Of a DNA stretch of 64,000 bases, positions 1 to 11,300 are shown one piece after another. The DNA lies in the NCBI GenBank assembly GCA_905178155.1, contig CAJINV010000014.1:778116-842115 (forward strand), in the 5' to 3' direction. Numbering within the stretch: position 1 is the stretch's first letter; every line of letters begins with the position of its first letter. A program made the translations under genes and the position numbers. A model generated the notes under the pieces. That model saw nothing but the letters and a program-made list of their open reading frames with translations, was not told the DNA's origin and ran no database searches. Origin of the DNA: Amoebophrya sp. A120. Its lineage: Eukaryota > Protista > Dinoflagellata.

Positions 1-1911
1 GCGATAGTGGAAAAACCGCTTGCGCAGGTCCTCCAACAGGAAGGCGACGGAGAGCGCGAATGCGTGGCCGAAGTGCTCCACGACGTAGTGTCGCTTCAGG
101 TAGCCTTTCTCCACCGTGGCTGCGATGAAGTCGAACGCTTCGGTCACGGACGCGTAAAAGAGTATCACATTCCCATACTGCTTCTCCAGGTTCTGCCCCT
201 CGTGCTGGTCGTGGACCACGCTATTAGTATCATCTGCTTGTTGTTCCTTCCTCTTGCGGTTGTACCACTTGTTGCCTTTTTCGCGTAGCCGTTCCTCCTT
301 CTTCGTGCCGTCGCCGTCGTAGTCGTCCGCACAGGACACTTTCTCCACCTCCGTCGCGAGCCGCGCGTTGAAGCGGGTCGCCAGGTTCCGCAGCATGTCC
401 TCCCGCTTGTCGGATACGAGCGCGCTTTTGCGCCAAAACTTCGCGTGCATGTCGTCGATCAGGGCCAGGATCTGCCACAGGCCGTCGGTCTCCACGAAGG
501 ACACGAATCCGGTGTCGATCACCCGAAACACGCGGGCCCGGATGGTGGCCAGCAGCACAAAGTCCAGCTCTTCCAAAGTTTCGGACGACAAGAGGTCTGT
601 CAAATTCTTTTTGCTGTACTCCTTCGTTGTAGTTTGTTCGGTACAGGTGCTTGTCGTACTACTAGCGGTCGCACTAGCAGTCGCAGAAGTGGTTTTAATA
701 CCGGCACGTTGATCAACATCGCCAGCCCCCTGGGCGGGTTCCAAGCCCAGTCCTGCTAACGCTACGGCCAATCCATCAACGTCAACATCTTTCACTTTGT
801 TTATTTTGCCCTCCCCTTCGTCCGCAACCGCAACCGCATCATGACCACAAAAAGCATAATCCTGGTCCGGAATCAGCCCCGGGGGTTCGCGGTTCTTCAT
901 CTCCTTGAGCACTTTGCCGGGCGAAAACAGCTTGTGCTCGTAGAAGAACATCTTCAGCTTCCGCTCGGCCTGCTCAAACGCTTCCTGACTTAGCAGCACG
1001 AAAACTTCCTCCAGCACCGCCTCCACGGCCCCTTCCGCGTGGTCCTTTTGCGCCGCCGTGAGCTTCTCGGCCTCCGCAGTCAGCTCCGCGAGCAAAGCCG
1101 GCTCGCCCGCCAGTTCCTCCACGAGAATCACGGGCAGTGTCCAAGAACTTCTTATCCAGAGCAAAAACGTCCCCAACCGCCCAGAGTTGTCATGCAAAGC
1201 AGCAAGCTTAAAATGTCCCACATGCGCAACCCCATGAGAGCCATTTTCTAATGCTATCTGCAGACTTGTCATGGTAGAATCAGGATGAGGTAGTCAGTTT
1301 GTGATGCAACTGCACTAGCTAAACAGGATTTTTACTCTACGAGACCAAACTTGTCATGCTCGACAACCAAAACTTGTGGATCATTTCTGTAGCAGATTGA
1401 CTATGGGGTCGGGGACGATTTTGCTTAGGATACAACTTCTACCGTGATTTTTCACGTCGACCTTAGAAGTTGTTGACGGCGGACTGTCGTCCTCCGGCGA
1501 CGGTGCTGCGGTAGAAGCCGCACCGCTGCTGCTCCCGGGTGATTGCGGCGGAGATGATGCTGAACTGCTTGTGCAAGAGTCTTCATTCCGTGCGGATAGA
1601 GTTGAGGTTTTTCTGTTGTTCGTGAGGACCTCCGGTGCAGGAGGCTTTTTACCAGCATAATTTCGACCACGATTGATTGACGCTGTATCTACTTCTCTCG
1701 TCCTCCGCTGCTCGAATTCAGCGTGTCGTTCCTCGATGCACTTCAGCGTGCCCATAAAGACCGCCCGCGAGACGGCGTGCTTCGAGTGAATCGAAACGGG
1801 AATGCACCCGTGGCCGTCCTTCGTGAAGATGTGGTGAGACCCGGTGATGCGATCGCACGCCCATCCGGTGTGCTCCAGAATTTTCTGGAGGGAGCGGTAG
1901 GAGGCGGCCAT
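1..1911 (-). CDS. Protein with N-terminal HicA/YcfA-like domain; runs off the window start
   Basis: N-terminus MAASYRSLQKILEHTGWACDRITGSHHIFTKDGHGCIPVSIH matches the HicA pattern. After removing insertion 1153-1432 plus 5 nt the frame continues (SWTLPVILVEELAGE...) with no stop to position 1. Confidence 0.7.
1153..1432. mobile_element. TIR introner, family B
   Basis: TATCCAGAGCAAAAACGTCCCC...GGGGACGATTTTGCTTAGGATA; imperfect DR CTTCT/CAACT. Confidence 0.8.
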
Positions 1912-3103
1912 ATTGATGAATCCTTTTAGAAGTGTAGTAGTAGTTGTTTCGTTGACTTTCTGTTTGTCTGTTTCTCGCTGCACCAGAAGTAGTACAATCA
2001 GATGCTGTAGACACGAAGTCACCACCTCGACCTCCAGACCACGACGAAAATACTCAATTCACTATCACTTGGACAGGCGTTTATAACACAAGAAGAAAAG
2101 CAGGATGATGATGACGCAGCTCCAGATGTGGTGATGAAAAATTCGAAAAACTTTTATTCAACGTACAGCAAACATCCAACCAGTACCAGTAGCGGTCCTG
2201 ACGCACTCGTTCGAGATAAGTATGCAAAAAATACTGATTTCTTCAATAGAACCAACGTTCTTGGTAAAAGGAGAAGATCCTTCCTGGGCAGGGATCCAGA
2301 TGGAGATCAATACTTAATCAAAATCATGTCGACGGGAGTGAAAATGCTCCTAAATATGAGCGCGCACGATGCACCTTAAAACACAGAGTTGCAGCTATCG
2401 TTGTTGAGCACGTAGAAAGCGTAGTATTAGACCCGGGCAGAAAGATCTTGATCTTCTTGTTTTTGATCTTAAAGAAAACCAGTTTTGCCTTCCAGCGGAC
2501 GAGATCGTGGAGATGGACCAACAAGACACGGATAATTACTAACTTACATTTTGGGCAAGAAGCAGTATGCGAACTACTTCTTGTTCTTCTTGCTGCTGGA
2601 CCATTATCATAGCACGCGGACGAACCCAACGCATCTGGATCTAGTGTTAGCTTTAGCAAACAACTTTTCATCGACACGGTATTCGTGCCCATGTATGTTG
2701 TCTCCCCCTTGTTCGCCCTGCTGCGGTGAAAAGATCCATGTTTCTATCTAAAGACGTTCGCAAGGATGAAAGGAGCACTTTTTTTCAGAATGTTTTCGGC
2801 GGCCGCGACGCGGCCAAAGCAGCCCAGGAAAAGAACAACTCTACACATTTGCGTCAACAAGTAGGCCAGTTCACGTATAGAAACATTTTCTTTCGCTTCA
2901 GTTGATTTTTCTTTTTCGCCCGGTCTACGACTTATCGTTCGGTCACACGACACTCAGCGATGTAGTTTGAAGAAAAATCGATTCTCATCTTGAGTAGGGA
3001 TTTTTACATGGTAGGCAGCACAAGAAAAAGAAGAAGAGCCTTCGTGAACATCACCTACTAGTCGTTTCCACTACCTTGCAGATCGATCTTCGTCTTCATG
3101 TCT

Positions 3104-6100
3104 TTATCCTCTCCACTCTTGGATCAGGGCCTCAATTTTTTCCGCCACCCCCCACATCCCCAAAATGAGCGCCATGTCGTACGGCTTCGGGTACCTGCCA
3201 TGCTGCGCCTGGAATTCCTGCAGCTTGGTGAATTGGCGACCGAAGTGCCGGTGGTAAATCGCGTAGCCCTGCTTGCAGTCCTCCGTTAACGTTTTCAGGG
3301 TCAGCATGGGCTTCCGAGTCCTCCCATCTCGCAACTCGCAAAACCGCAACGCCAGTTGCTCGTAGCCTGCGACAATAGCGCGGGTCAGACTATGGAAGGA
3401 AAAAACTACAGCAGCTCAAACTCACAAGTTTGCATAGTCTTGCAACAGGATAAGACTGTCCGGAGTGAAAACTTGTTCTTGTGTTCCAGAATCATGACGA
3501 AACTAGCTACTTACTCCACGTATGCGGTTTGATGACTGACGCTGCCATGCAACTTTCCTCAGATGCAGAACTCTTTGTATCTATAATTGCCGAAACGCGC
3601 AGCTGAAAACATGGCTGTGCGGGTGATTTTTCTTTCGAATACAGACAGGAAGTGTGGTATACTTCCACGATGGCATTCAGCATCTTCGCGTGCAGCCGCT
3701 CCCCGTACTTGTCCAAGATCGAGAGCCCCAGCTCCTCCGTTCCCGTTGCTTTGTTGTTGAACATCGTCACGCCGGTGGGGTCGATTATCCAAGAAAAAAA
3801 CATTGTAGGCGTAACTTTTTTGGAGGAACAGCATTACAAATCTGTCTGGCATGACAGCAAAAACCTGTCATGCGCAGATAGTATGCGAAAACGCCCTGTA
3901 GTGGACCCTACAATGCATGCCAAGCATGACAGACGCAATCATCTTGCATGTTCCGCATCACAAATTTACTCTAACAGCGTTTTTTTCTTGGATATCGATC
4001 ACGTTGAGAACATTGTCGGGGATGTCCACGTCCGGGTGCTCCACCATGGCGGCGGCTAGATACGGTGACTCGTGTATTGTGAGGAAAAACGTCCCCACAC
4101 CTGAGTCAAGATGGGTAATCTGCTAGACAAATTCACCAGCTTTGGCTGTTGCGCATGACAAGTTTGGCCTCGTAGAAGTGTAATCCTGTTGAGCTAGTTC
4201 AGCAGCATCACAGATCTAGCATATCATGGTCATTGGAGCATGACAGATTCCGAATAAACACGGCTAGAAAGTGCTTCTCATGGGGCTCCGCATGAGAAAC
4301 ATTTTTAGCATGCAGATTTGCACGACAACTAGGGGGTGGGGACGTTTTTCCACAGGATATCGTGGCAGAGCCGGTAGAACTCCGCCTTGTTGTAGCAAGC
4401 GCGTTCGTAAGGGTATTTGTGCAGCAGAATGTCGTACAGCTTTCCGTCGATTTTGCTCGGGTAGTCGTAGAAGGCCCGCTCGCTATATCAGAGTGCACAA
4501 CATCTCTCCCTGTTCAGTGAAACTGAAATCAAATGATTTCACTGGCATATAAATCAGCAACACAAGCAAAGGCCGTAGTGCGGCTTCCGCATCACAAATG
4601 AATCGAGGCCCGGATTACTGTAGTGCTGCTTCCTGGGGTGGAGAGATTTGTCATGCTAAACAGAAGTGCGACACACTTTGCCTCCCCCTGTGCAGAGATT
4701 TGTCATGCGAGTAGTGAGAAAATAGTAAGTACACAGGAGTGCCCGTGCGGATTTGGTATCTTGCATGACGAATGAGAGAACTTGGAGAATGTGCACTCTC
4801 GTAAGATGTTTTTGTGGCCAATGAGCTCGTCTTTGTTTTCCGCATTGCTCTGTTCCGCCCGCTTGCGGCTTCTATCAACTGCAAATGTCGTGTCCAGGTC
4901 TGAAAGAAGATGAAGACTTCAAATGCTGATCTCCCATACAACCGCCGATTATTTCTGTGTAATGTTAATGTTGCACGTTGCGGAATACAACTGGCTATCG
5001 CACTGCTTCTTCGTCATGCGCGGCTTCTCATACAACTTGCGCATCACAGGTGAATCGTTCAAAAAGTTCTCATACGTTGAGTCTAAGTCTAGCCTTCGCC
5101 TTCCTGTATTATACGAGCCCGACAACGTTCCAGACCTGGACGTATTTGCAGCTGATAGCTTTTGGGCGGCAGCAACAGCTTCCAGCCGCTCCGGACGGCT
5201 GACTTGAAGTCCACGTGCTCGCGCCACTTTTCCAGGTAAAAAAACTCCGATACGAGGTCGTGGCCGAGGGAGTTCAGTTTTGACCACTTCAACCGATGCA
5301 GGTCGTTGCGTTCCTTTTCGAGACGCATCTTGTTCATGTTGCAAACGACGCGGTACTCCGTCGTGATGATCATCTGATCGTCATGCTCGTCTTGATGTTC
5401 ATCCTCTGCACATTGCACGCCTTCTGTTCGTGTTCTGCTACCAGGTACAGCTACTACTTGCCGCGCTGTGGTACCACCACTTCCCCCCGAGACGTTTTTG
5501 CTTTCCTTCAGCATCTGTAACTGTCTGATGTTATCGAATAGCAACTTGATATCATCCCCCGGGGCCAGCACGCGGCCGCAACTGGACTCCTATTACGAGG
5601 AAAGATCCCCCCTCCCCATATATATTGAAAGCGCGTCCCTCTAAAGATTTGCGATGCAGATTCGTGGCCACAAATCCGGTCTGTCATGCAAGAAGGCAGG
5701 GGCAGAGAGACCGCCGCGCTATGCAGGCGATCTGTAATGCTGTAAGGCCTACAAAGCAGACTTCTGCCATGCTAGGCGACTGCACCAAAAGGCCCCTGCC
5801 TAGGCTTGGCATCTGCCCGCAGTCCTGTACTGCAAGACAAATCCGATTTGTGTACAAACATGCCGCATCACAGATTTCCATTTTGATATGGGCAGGGGTG
5901 ATTTTTCATTTTGGTAACTCCCACGCTGGATTTTCATCTTCCTCGTCGGAATCCTCCTCGTCTTCGTCGCCCTTGATAGTATTGCCCGGTGTAGTTGCAT
6001 ATCAAATGTAAAAATGTCTGGGTCTGGAAGATTCTAAACTTGTAGTGTTGTCTCTGGATTCTAAAAAAATTTGTATTGTACGACCAGCAAAAGGACTCCA

Positions 6101-6827
6101 GTTTGTGCTACGTGGAGAGGGCATTTCTCATGCGGTAGAGGCATCACAAAGGCCTCGAAAAATCTGTCACGCTAGAGCATGCATCACAGACATCATGAGT
6201 CTTCCAAAATATGCATCACAAACCTGGCAAGCTTCCAGCCCCAGACATTTTTACATTTGATATTGCAGCTCTTGCTGCTGTCGTTCCTTCTACAACTTGG
6301 TCTTCTCGCAGGCCGACCTCCACGGTAGCAGCAGCTACGTTTGTAGTTCTCCGCGCAGGTGCTGGTGGCACTTCTTCTCCACCAGCAGCATGAAGTTGAA
6401 GATCTACTTCCCTAAGGACAACATCAGCACCAGCATTTTTATTACCTTCTGCATCACTGTCGCTGCTCCCCTCGTCGCAGTCATCTTCCCCGCCGTTAAC
6501 ATTGCAGTTCACGATGGACAATTTTCGCGGTGTGCCGCCGCCTTCTTCCTCCCCGTCTTCCGTATTTTTCGTTTTCGTAGTTTGCTCCACGACAATCTGT
6601 ACCACGTGCAGAGGCACTTGCAGCTTCCGCCGCAGTAACCTCTTCCAGAAGCCCACGGTGCCAAACTGCTCGCCCGAGTCATTGTACTCGCGGAGAACCT
6701 CGCGCGCCGAGATTTCCTCGAACTTAATCTCCCGGTCCGAGACGCCCTGGAAGAAGGCGTAGCTCTGCGCCAACTCCTCCGGGTCCAGGGACGCCAGGTA
6801 CTTGCGGTTCGTGTCGGGATCGATCAT
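3104..6827 (-). CDS. Unknown protein, multi-exon, interrupted by 5 TIR introners and other introns
   Basis: ORF pieces 6216-6827, 5089-5571, 3507-3803 and 3104-3349. Frame is restored across each insertion (e.g. ...VLNVID|PTGVTMF...). No family recognised. Confidence 0.6.
3786..3994. mobile_element. TIR introner, family G
   Basis: TATCCAAGAAAAAAAC...GTTTTTTTCTTGGATA; DR TCGAT; homologous to 61268-61470. Confidence 0.9.
4075..4359. mobile_element. TIR introner, family B
   Basis: TATTGTGAGGAAAAACGTCCCCAC...GTGGGGACGTTTTTCCACAGGATA; DR TCGTG. Confidence 0.9.
4486..4803. mobile_element. TIR introner, family I (degenerate)
   Basis: TATCAGAGTGCACA...TGTGCACTCTCGTA; DR degenerate, but removing 5 extra nt restores frame. 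Confidence 0.7.
5591..5916. mobile_element. TIR introner, family C
   Basis: TATTACGAGGAAAGATCCCCCCTCCCCATAT...ATATGGGCAGGGGTGATTTTTCATTTTGGTA; DR ACTCC. Confidence 0.9.
6000..6262. mobile_element. TIR introner, family A
   Basis: TATCAAATGTAAAAATGTCTGGGTCTGGAAG...CTTCCAGCCCCAGACATTTTTACATTTGATA; DR TTGCA. Confidence 0.95.
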
Positions 6828-8337
6828 TCGATTGGCTTCTAAGTAAGTAGATGAAGTTCTTGTGCTATGTGAGTATTAAACCCAACTCGTAAAAACTGCG
6901 TGTGCTTCTTGTTGTAGTAGGGCGTTTACTGTGCCTGATGGGACAAGGGGATCGTCGGGTGGCAGGTCGGAAATTTTTCCGCGAGTCGTGTGTAGTCACC
7001 ACCAGAAAGAACGTGCATTGATTTGATGTTTGGAGTCTTTGCGACTGAGAAAGAGGAGGTAAAGGATGACGATGGGATGAAGATGTGGTCGTTGTACGTG
7101 TAATAAAAATCAAAATAATTGAGAGAGCATGGAAATATTAACTGAGTGAAACTATAATGGGGGAGACCTCCACGACTGATGAACTAGAATATCACACGGA
7201 GAAAGTCAGGTATGTTCTAATTAAAGGCAGCGAATGAGAGGGACACAAGGCCAGAAATACGTAGCAAAATATTCTCTCGCGTTTTCATTTTTAAGTTAGT
7301 CTGAAACGAAAAAATATCTTCGCCCTGTGCAAAATTCGGAAGGGACGCACAAAAGGAGCGAGTTAACAGAAAGAGAAACCCGAACCACATCCTCACAAAT
7401 AACGAAAGAGGAAAAGCAGAGAAAATTAGGACTGCTCCGTTCTGCTCATTGATTCCGTACTTGTTCAGCGACGGGATTCTTCCTCGTACCGAAACAGGCA
7501 GGTAATTTGAAGACCGAAGGACTTTGCCATGCTTGTTGTCTATCGACAAGCAGAAATATGGAGTCACAACATTTTCCTTTTTGCGAAAAATACATACGAA
7601 CAGCTTTCGATCTTGGTTGGAGGTAGGATCGCCCATGCTGGCTCCTGGCGACACACGGCTATGATGTCTCGAACTACTTGATAAACAAATCTGCCGTAAT
7701 ATTAAGCCTTCTCATGTGTTGATTTCGCACGTCTATTGATTTCTGCTTAATTGTGTGCTGTCCTAGAGTCGATCATTATCCGAACTTTGACTTTCATTTT
7801 CATTCCGTTAGTTTGCACCTTCTCGTTATTCATCTAGGTGCTAATCTATTTTTTCCACCACATTCAAAAACATTGCTCAACTCCGACTCTCAACGGCGAC
7901 CACGACCCGGGTCGCCCCTGCAGAGTGCTAACAGGAGATTCTAAACTTCTTTTCCTTTGCTCAGCTGTATTCTCATCTTAATATTTTTATAATCGAGTGA
8001 AAGGTCTGCTGATGGAACTCAAGTGCCTTTAGATTTTTTCGAGTTTCCACCTGCTCTCGGCTTCGATGTCGATTCTTCATGTGTGCTCCTGCATAACGAA
8101 GTTGTGGCGAAGGCAATCCACGAGCATGATGATGATAAATCGGTATGGGTACTACTATCCTATGGCAGTAGAAAGGCTTCTTAAATCGGCCGACAACTGG
8201 CACGGACTTCGTTATCGTTAAAAGAGAAGTCCGGTTCGTTTCTTAAAAAGTTTTCTTGGTTCATCTTAGGTGAAACCTAGTAAGGGTACTAGATCTAGAA
8301 TGCTTCATGCATAACAAAGTCCCTCGTCCCGCTACAT

Positions 8338-11300
8338 TCACCGCCGCGTCCCCGTTCTCACGGTTCGGCTCGCGTTCGGAGTTGCGGCCAGCCCGCCACT
8401 CGGCCCCGAACCACTTCCACCACTCGCGCCCCTGCGGGACATCATCAAACTTTTCTGCAGGCGGTACTTGATCTCACTGCCCGTGCTCGAAACGGACACC
8501 TGAGAGTCCACACGCTGCAGGGTTCCTGCTCCGCCTAGCACGAAACTACCCGCGCCACCGCCAGAGGAGTCCTTGCTGCCGACAGAGCCGCCGCCCCGGA
8601 GTAAATGGTTGTAACCACTAGGAGGTGAAGATGCCGACGTCCCTGCTCCACCAGTGACAACATGCTGACCACCTCCCCCTGGAACGTGAAATGAGTTGCT
8701 GAAGTGCCGCCCGGTTTGACTGCTCAGAACGGTCGCGCCCAGGATGATGCACTCGGCGTTGTCCGTATCCACGTCCTGCAGATGCGTGTACTGCTTGCAA
8801 AAATCCTTCGCCTCGCTGCTTGTCACCGGTTGTATGAAATATCTTTGGGGAGTGGTCAAAATGCTGTGCTGCTGTCTATGCTGAGGACCAGGCGCCCTCT
8901 GATGTGTCGTCAAATGGCTGCTGTAGCTCCCCCCCGCAGCAGAGGTCGTGTTCTTCGCGGCAAGAACCGGAGGAGGGCCGACGGACCGAGAAGTTGGTGC
9001 ACCGTTATTGCGAGACGTAGTTGACTGCTGATTGCCACCGAGGCCCCGGCTGTTGGTACTAGAACCTACTGCTCCGCTATGCCGATGATGACCTGAAGAT
9101 GACCCCGACGAGCCACCACTACTCAGAGTGCCACTTTCAAACTGCGTCGTGACGGGGCCCCGCGTCGCCGCCGGTCCGACCTGAATCGTGGTTGTGGTGG
9201 TCGCCGTAGGGACGCCAGCACGATGTTGAGCATGATGTTGCTGGTGCTGCTGTTCTGCGCTTCCACCAGAACAACTTGGGAACAGCAGCGACGTCGGTTT
9301 CAGAATACTCGCAGTCGAAGCCGAGGACGTTGCGACGATTTGTGAGGTCGTAAGCTGCTGCGGCTGTTGATGCTGTTGCAACGAAGACCTTGTGTTGATT
9401 GCCGTTCTTGCATAGGACGAGCTCGCACTTTCTGCAAGCTGTGCGTCGTTTGCGGAAAGCGACTGCTGGTTGTATAGCTTTTTGATGTGCGGCGGGGGTC
9501 GATGTTGTTCTTCGGCTTGGTCGCGCTGGTGCACGACCTCTTGCTGCAAAGATCCCCTGGTGCCGCTGCCCACAGTCGTGCTAGAGGAACCGATTCTCGG
9601 CCCGGTTTGCGAGGGGGCATGATGCGAAGAAACCGAGCCCCGCGCGCTCACACGATGGCCGACTGAGGCAGAGGCAGGATGATGTGGGGGTCCGCGGGGG
9701 GAACCTTTGAATTTGATGGGTCGGTGCCATGATAAAAATAAACGCGGTATTCTTCTTTATGTTCGCAATTCCCTCGCACAACGCACTTACGCGTCGCCGC
9801 TCTCTTGTTCCTGCTAAAGCAGCGGCTCTCTTGATGTTCCTTCGATCACAATGAGCTTATACACGCAAACAATAACAAATGAAAATTGCAAGTATAAAGA
9901 AAATCTTTTACCGCGACTCGTCAAGTGCTGACTCATTGCCGTCCCGCCTTTATTTGCCATGACGCGCTCTCGGGGTGACATCGCGCTGTACACAGCTCCT
10001 GCATTCGATGACGATGGTGCGGGCTGCGTCATGCTGGCGGCCCGGGTACCGCGGGGCGACCCAGAATTGTAGGTCGCTGGTCCACGACTGCTGCGAGGGG
10101 AGCGGAACCCTGTTGTTGACATTATACGAAGAAAAATTTTTGTAGACTAGCACGCATGGATGAAGGGAATTGAAAGATTTATCCAACCCCTGAGGTTTCA
10201 ACAGTAACGCTCCGTGTATGCAGTGGCATCTTCCACTTCGACGGAGATAGCAAAAAATGTCATCAATATTTTAGACCTGGCGTCGTTCCTGTATGCGGTT
10301 GGTGCTGCTGTTGAGCGGTTGGGTTTGTAGATTCCCTTCCCGCCCCCACGACCCTTTTCGGCGGTCGGAAGGAAGCCGACCCGGCAGCCGAAGGCTTGCT
10401 AGTTGCACCGGTCGTGTAGTTGCTGTTGTGCGGATATGTTTTCTCGTGCGGCTGTTGTTCGCCGGCTGTTATAGCTCCCCCGCCGACGGCGCCTGCAGTC
10501 GACGATGTCGAGGCCGTAGAATTGGTTTTCATCGAGGTCGACGCCGCGGCTAGTTGCTCTCGAAGCCTCTCTATGCAACGGTCTGCAAAATTGTTTCTGG
10601 TGCCTCCATATGATGTAGTTCCGAGGCATATCTAACTATATGATCAAAGAAATTTTTTTTCCGAGCTTGTCGATGCAAGAGCAAGGAAGACAAACGCGTT
10701 CGACAAAATGGGATACTTGACGTCCCGCCATGTTGCGACAACCTCCTAAATCATACGAAGCCAACGAATATATTTTTGCAGAGGATACTCTTTATTTCCG
10801 CCCCCTGCCTGTGTCTCTCCTCTTCACTCTGCATGAATTTGTGCTCCAAAGTCGACGCGCTGTGGTTCCGCTGTGGTTCCGGTAGGGGTGCGGCACTGCT
10901 CGCACTCTCCGCGGTCCCGCCGCGGTTCGCAGTCTGCATGAATTGCTGCAGCTTGACGCGGATATCTCGCATTTCCAGCCGCAACTCCTGCACCTTCTCG
11001 TCCTTTTGCTTCAGCTCGGCGTGCAGTTTCTCATTTTCCTGTTTCAGTATAACCCGCTCAGGTGTTACAATCTCAAACGTTACAATAGAATAGTGAAATC
11101 TGTGATGCAAGAGTGCATGAGCTAGCCAACTCTCATAGGATTGCGCATGACAAGTTCCGGAGCCCCAAACCCCACTACAAACTGGCGAAATTTGTATTGC
11201 AGAAAGTAGAACGCTCTGCGAGTCTGTCATGCTGATCATGCAAGACAAATCTCAGATTCTATTGTAACGTTTGAGATTGTAACAGCTGAGCAGGTCATAT

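Noticed and set aside
2324-2953. Short minus-strand ORFs here and at 7217-7654
   Set aside because: No recognisable motifs or consistent exon chain, so they cannot be supported as genes.
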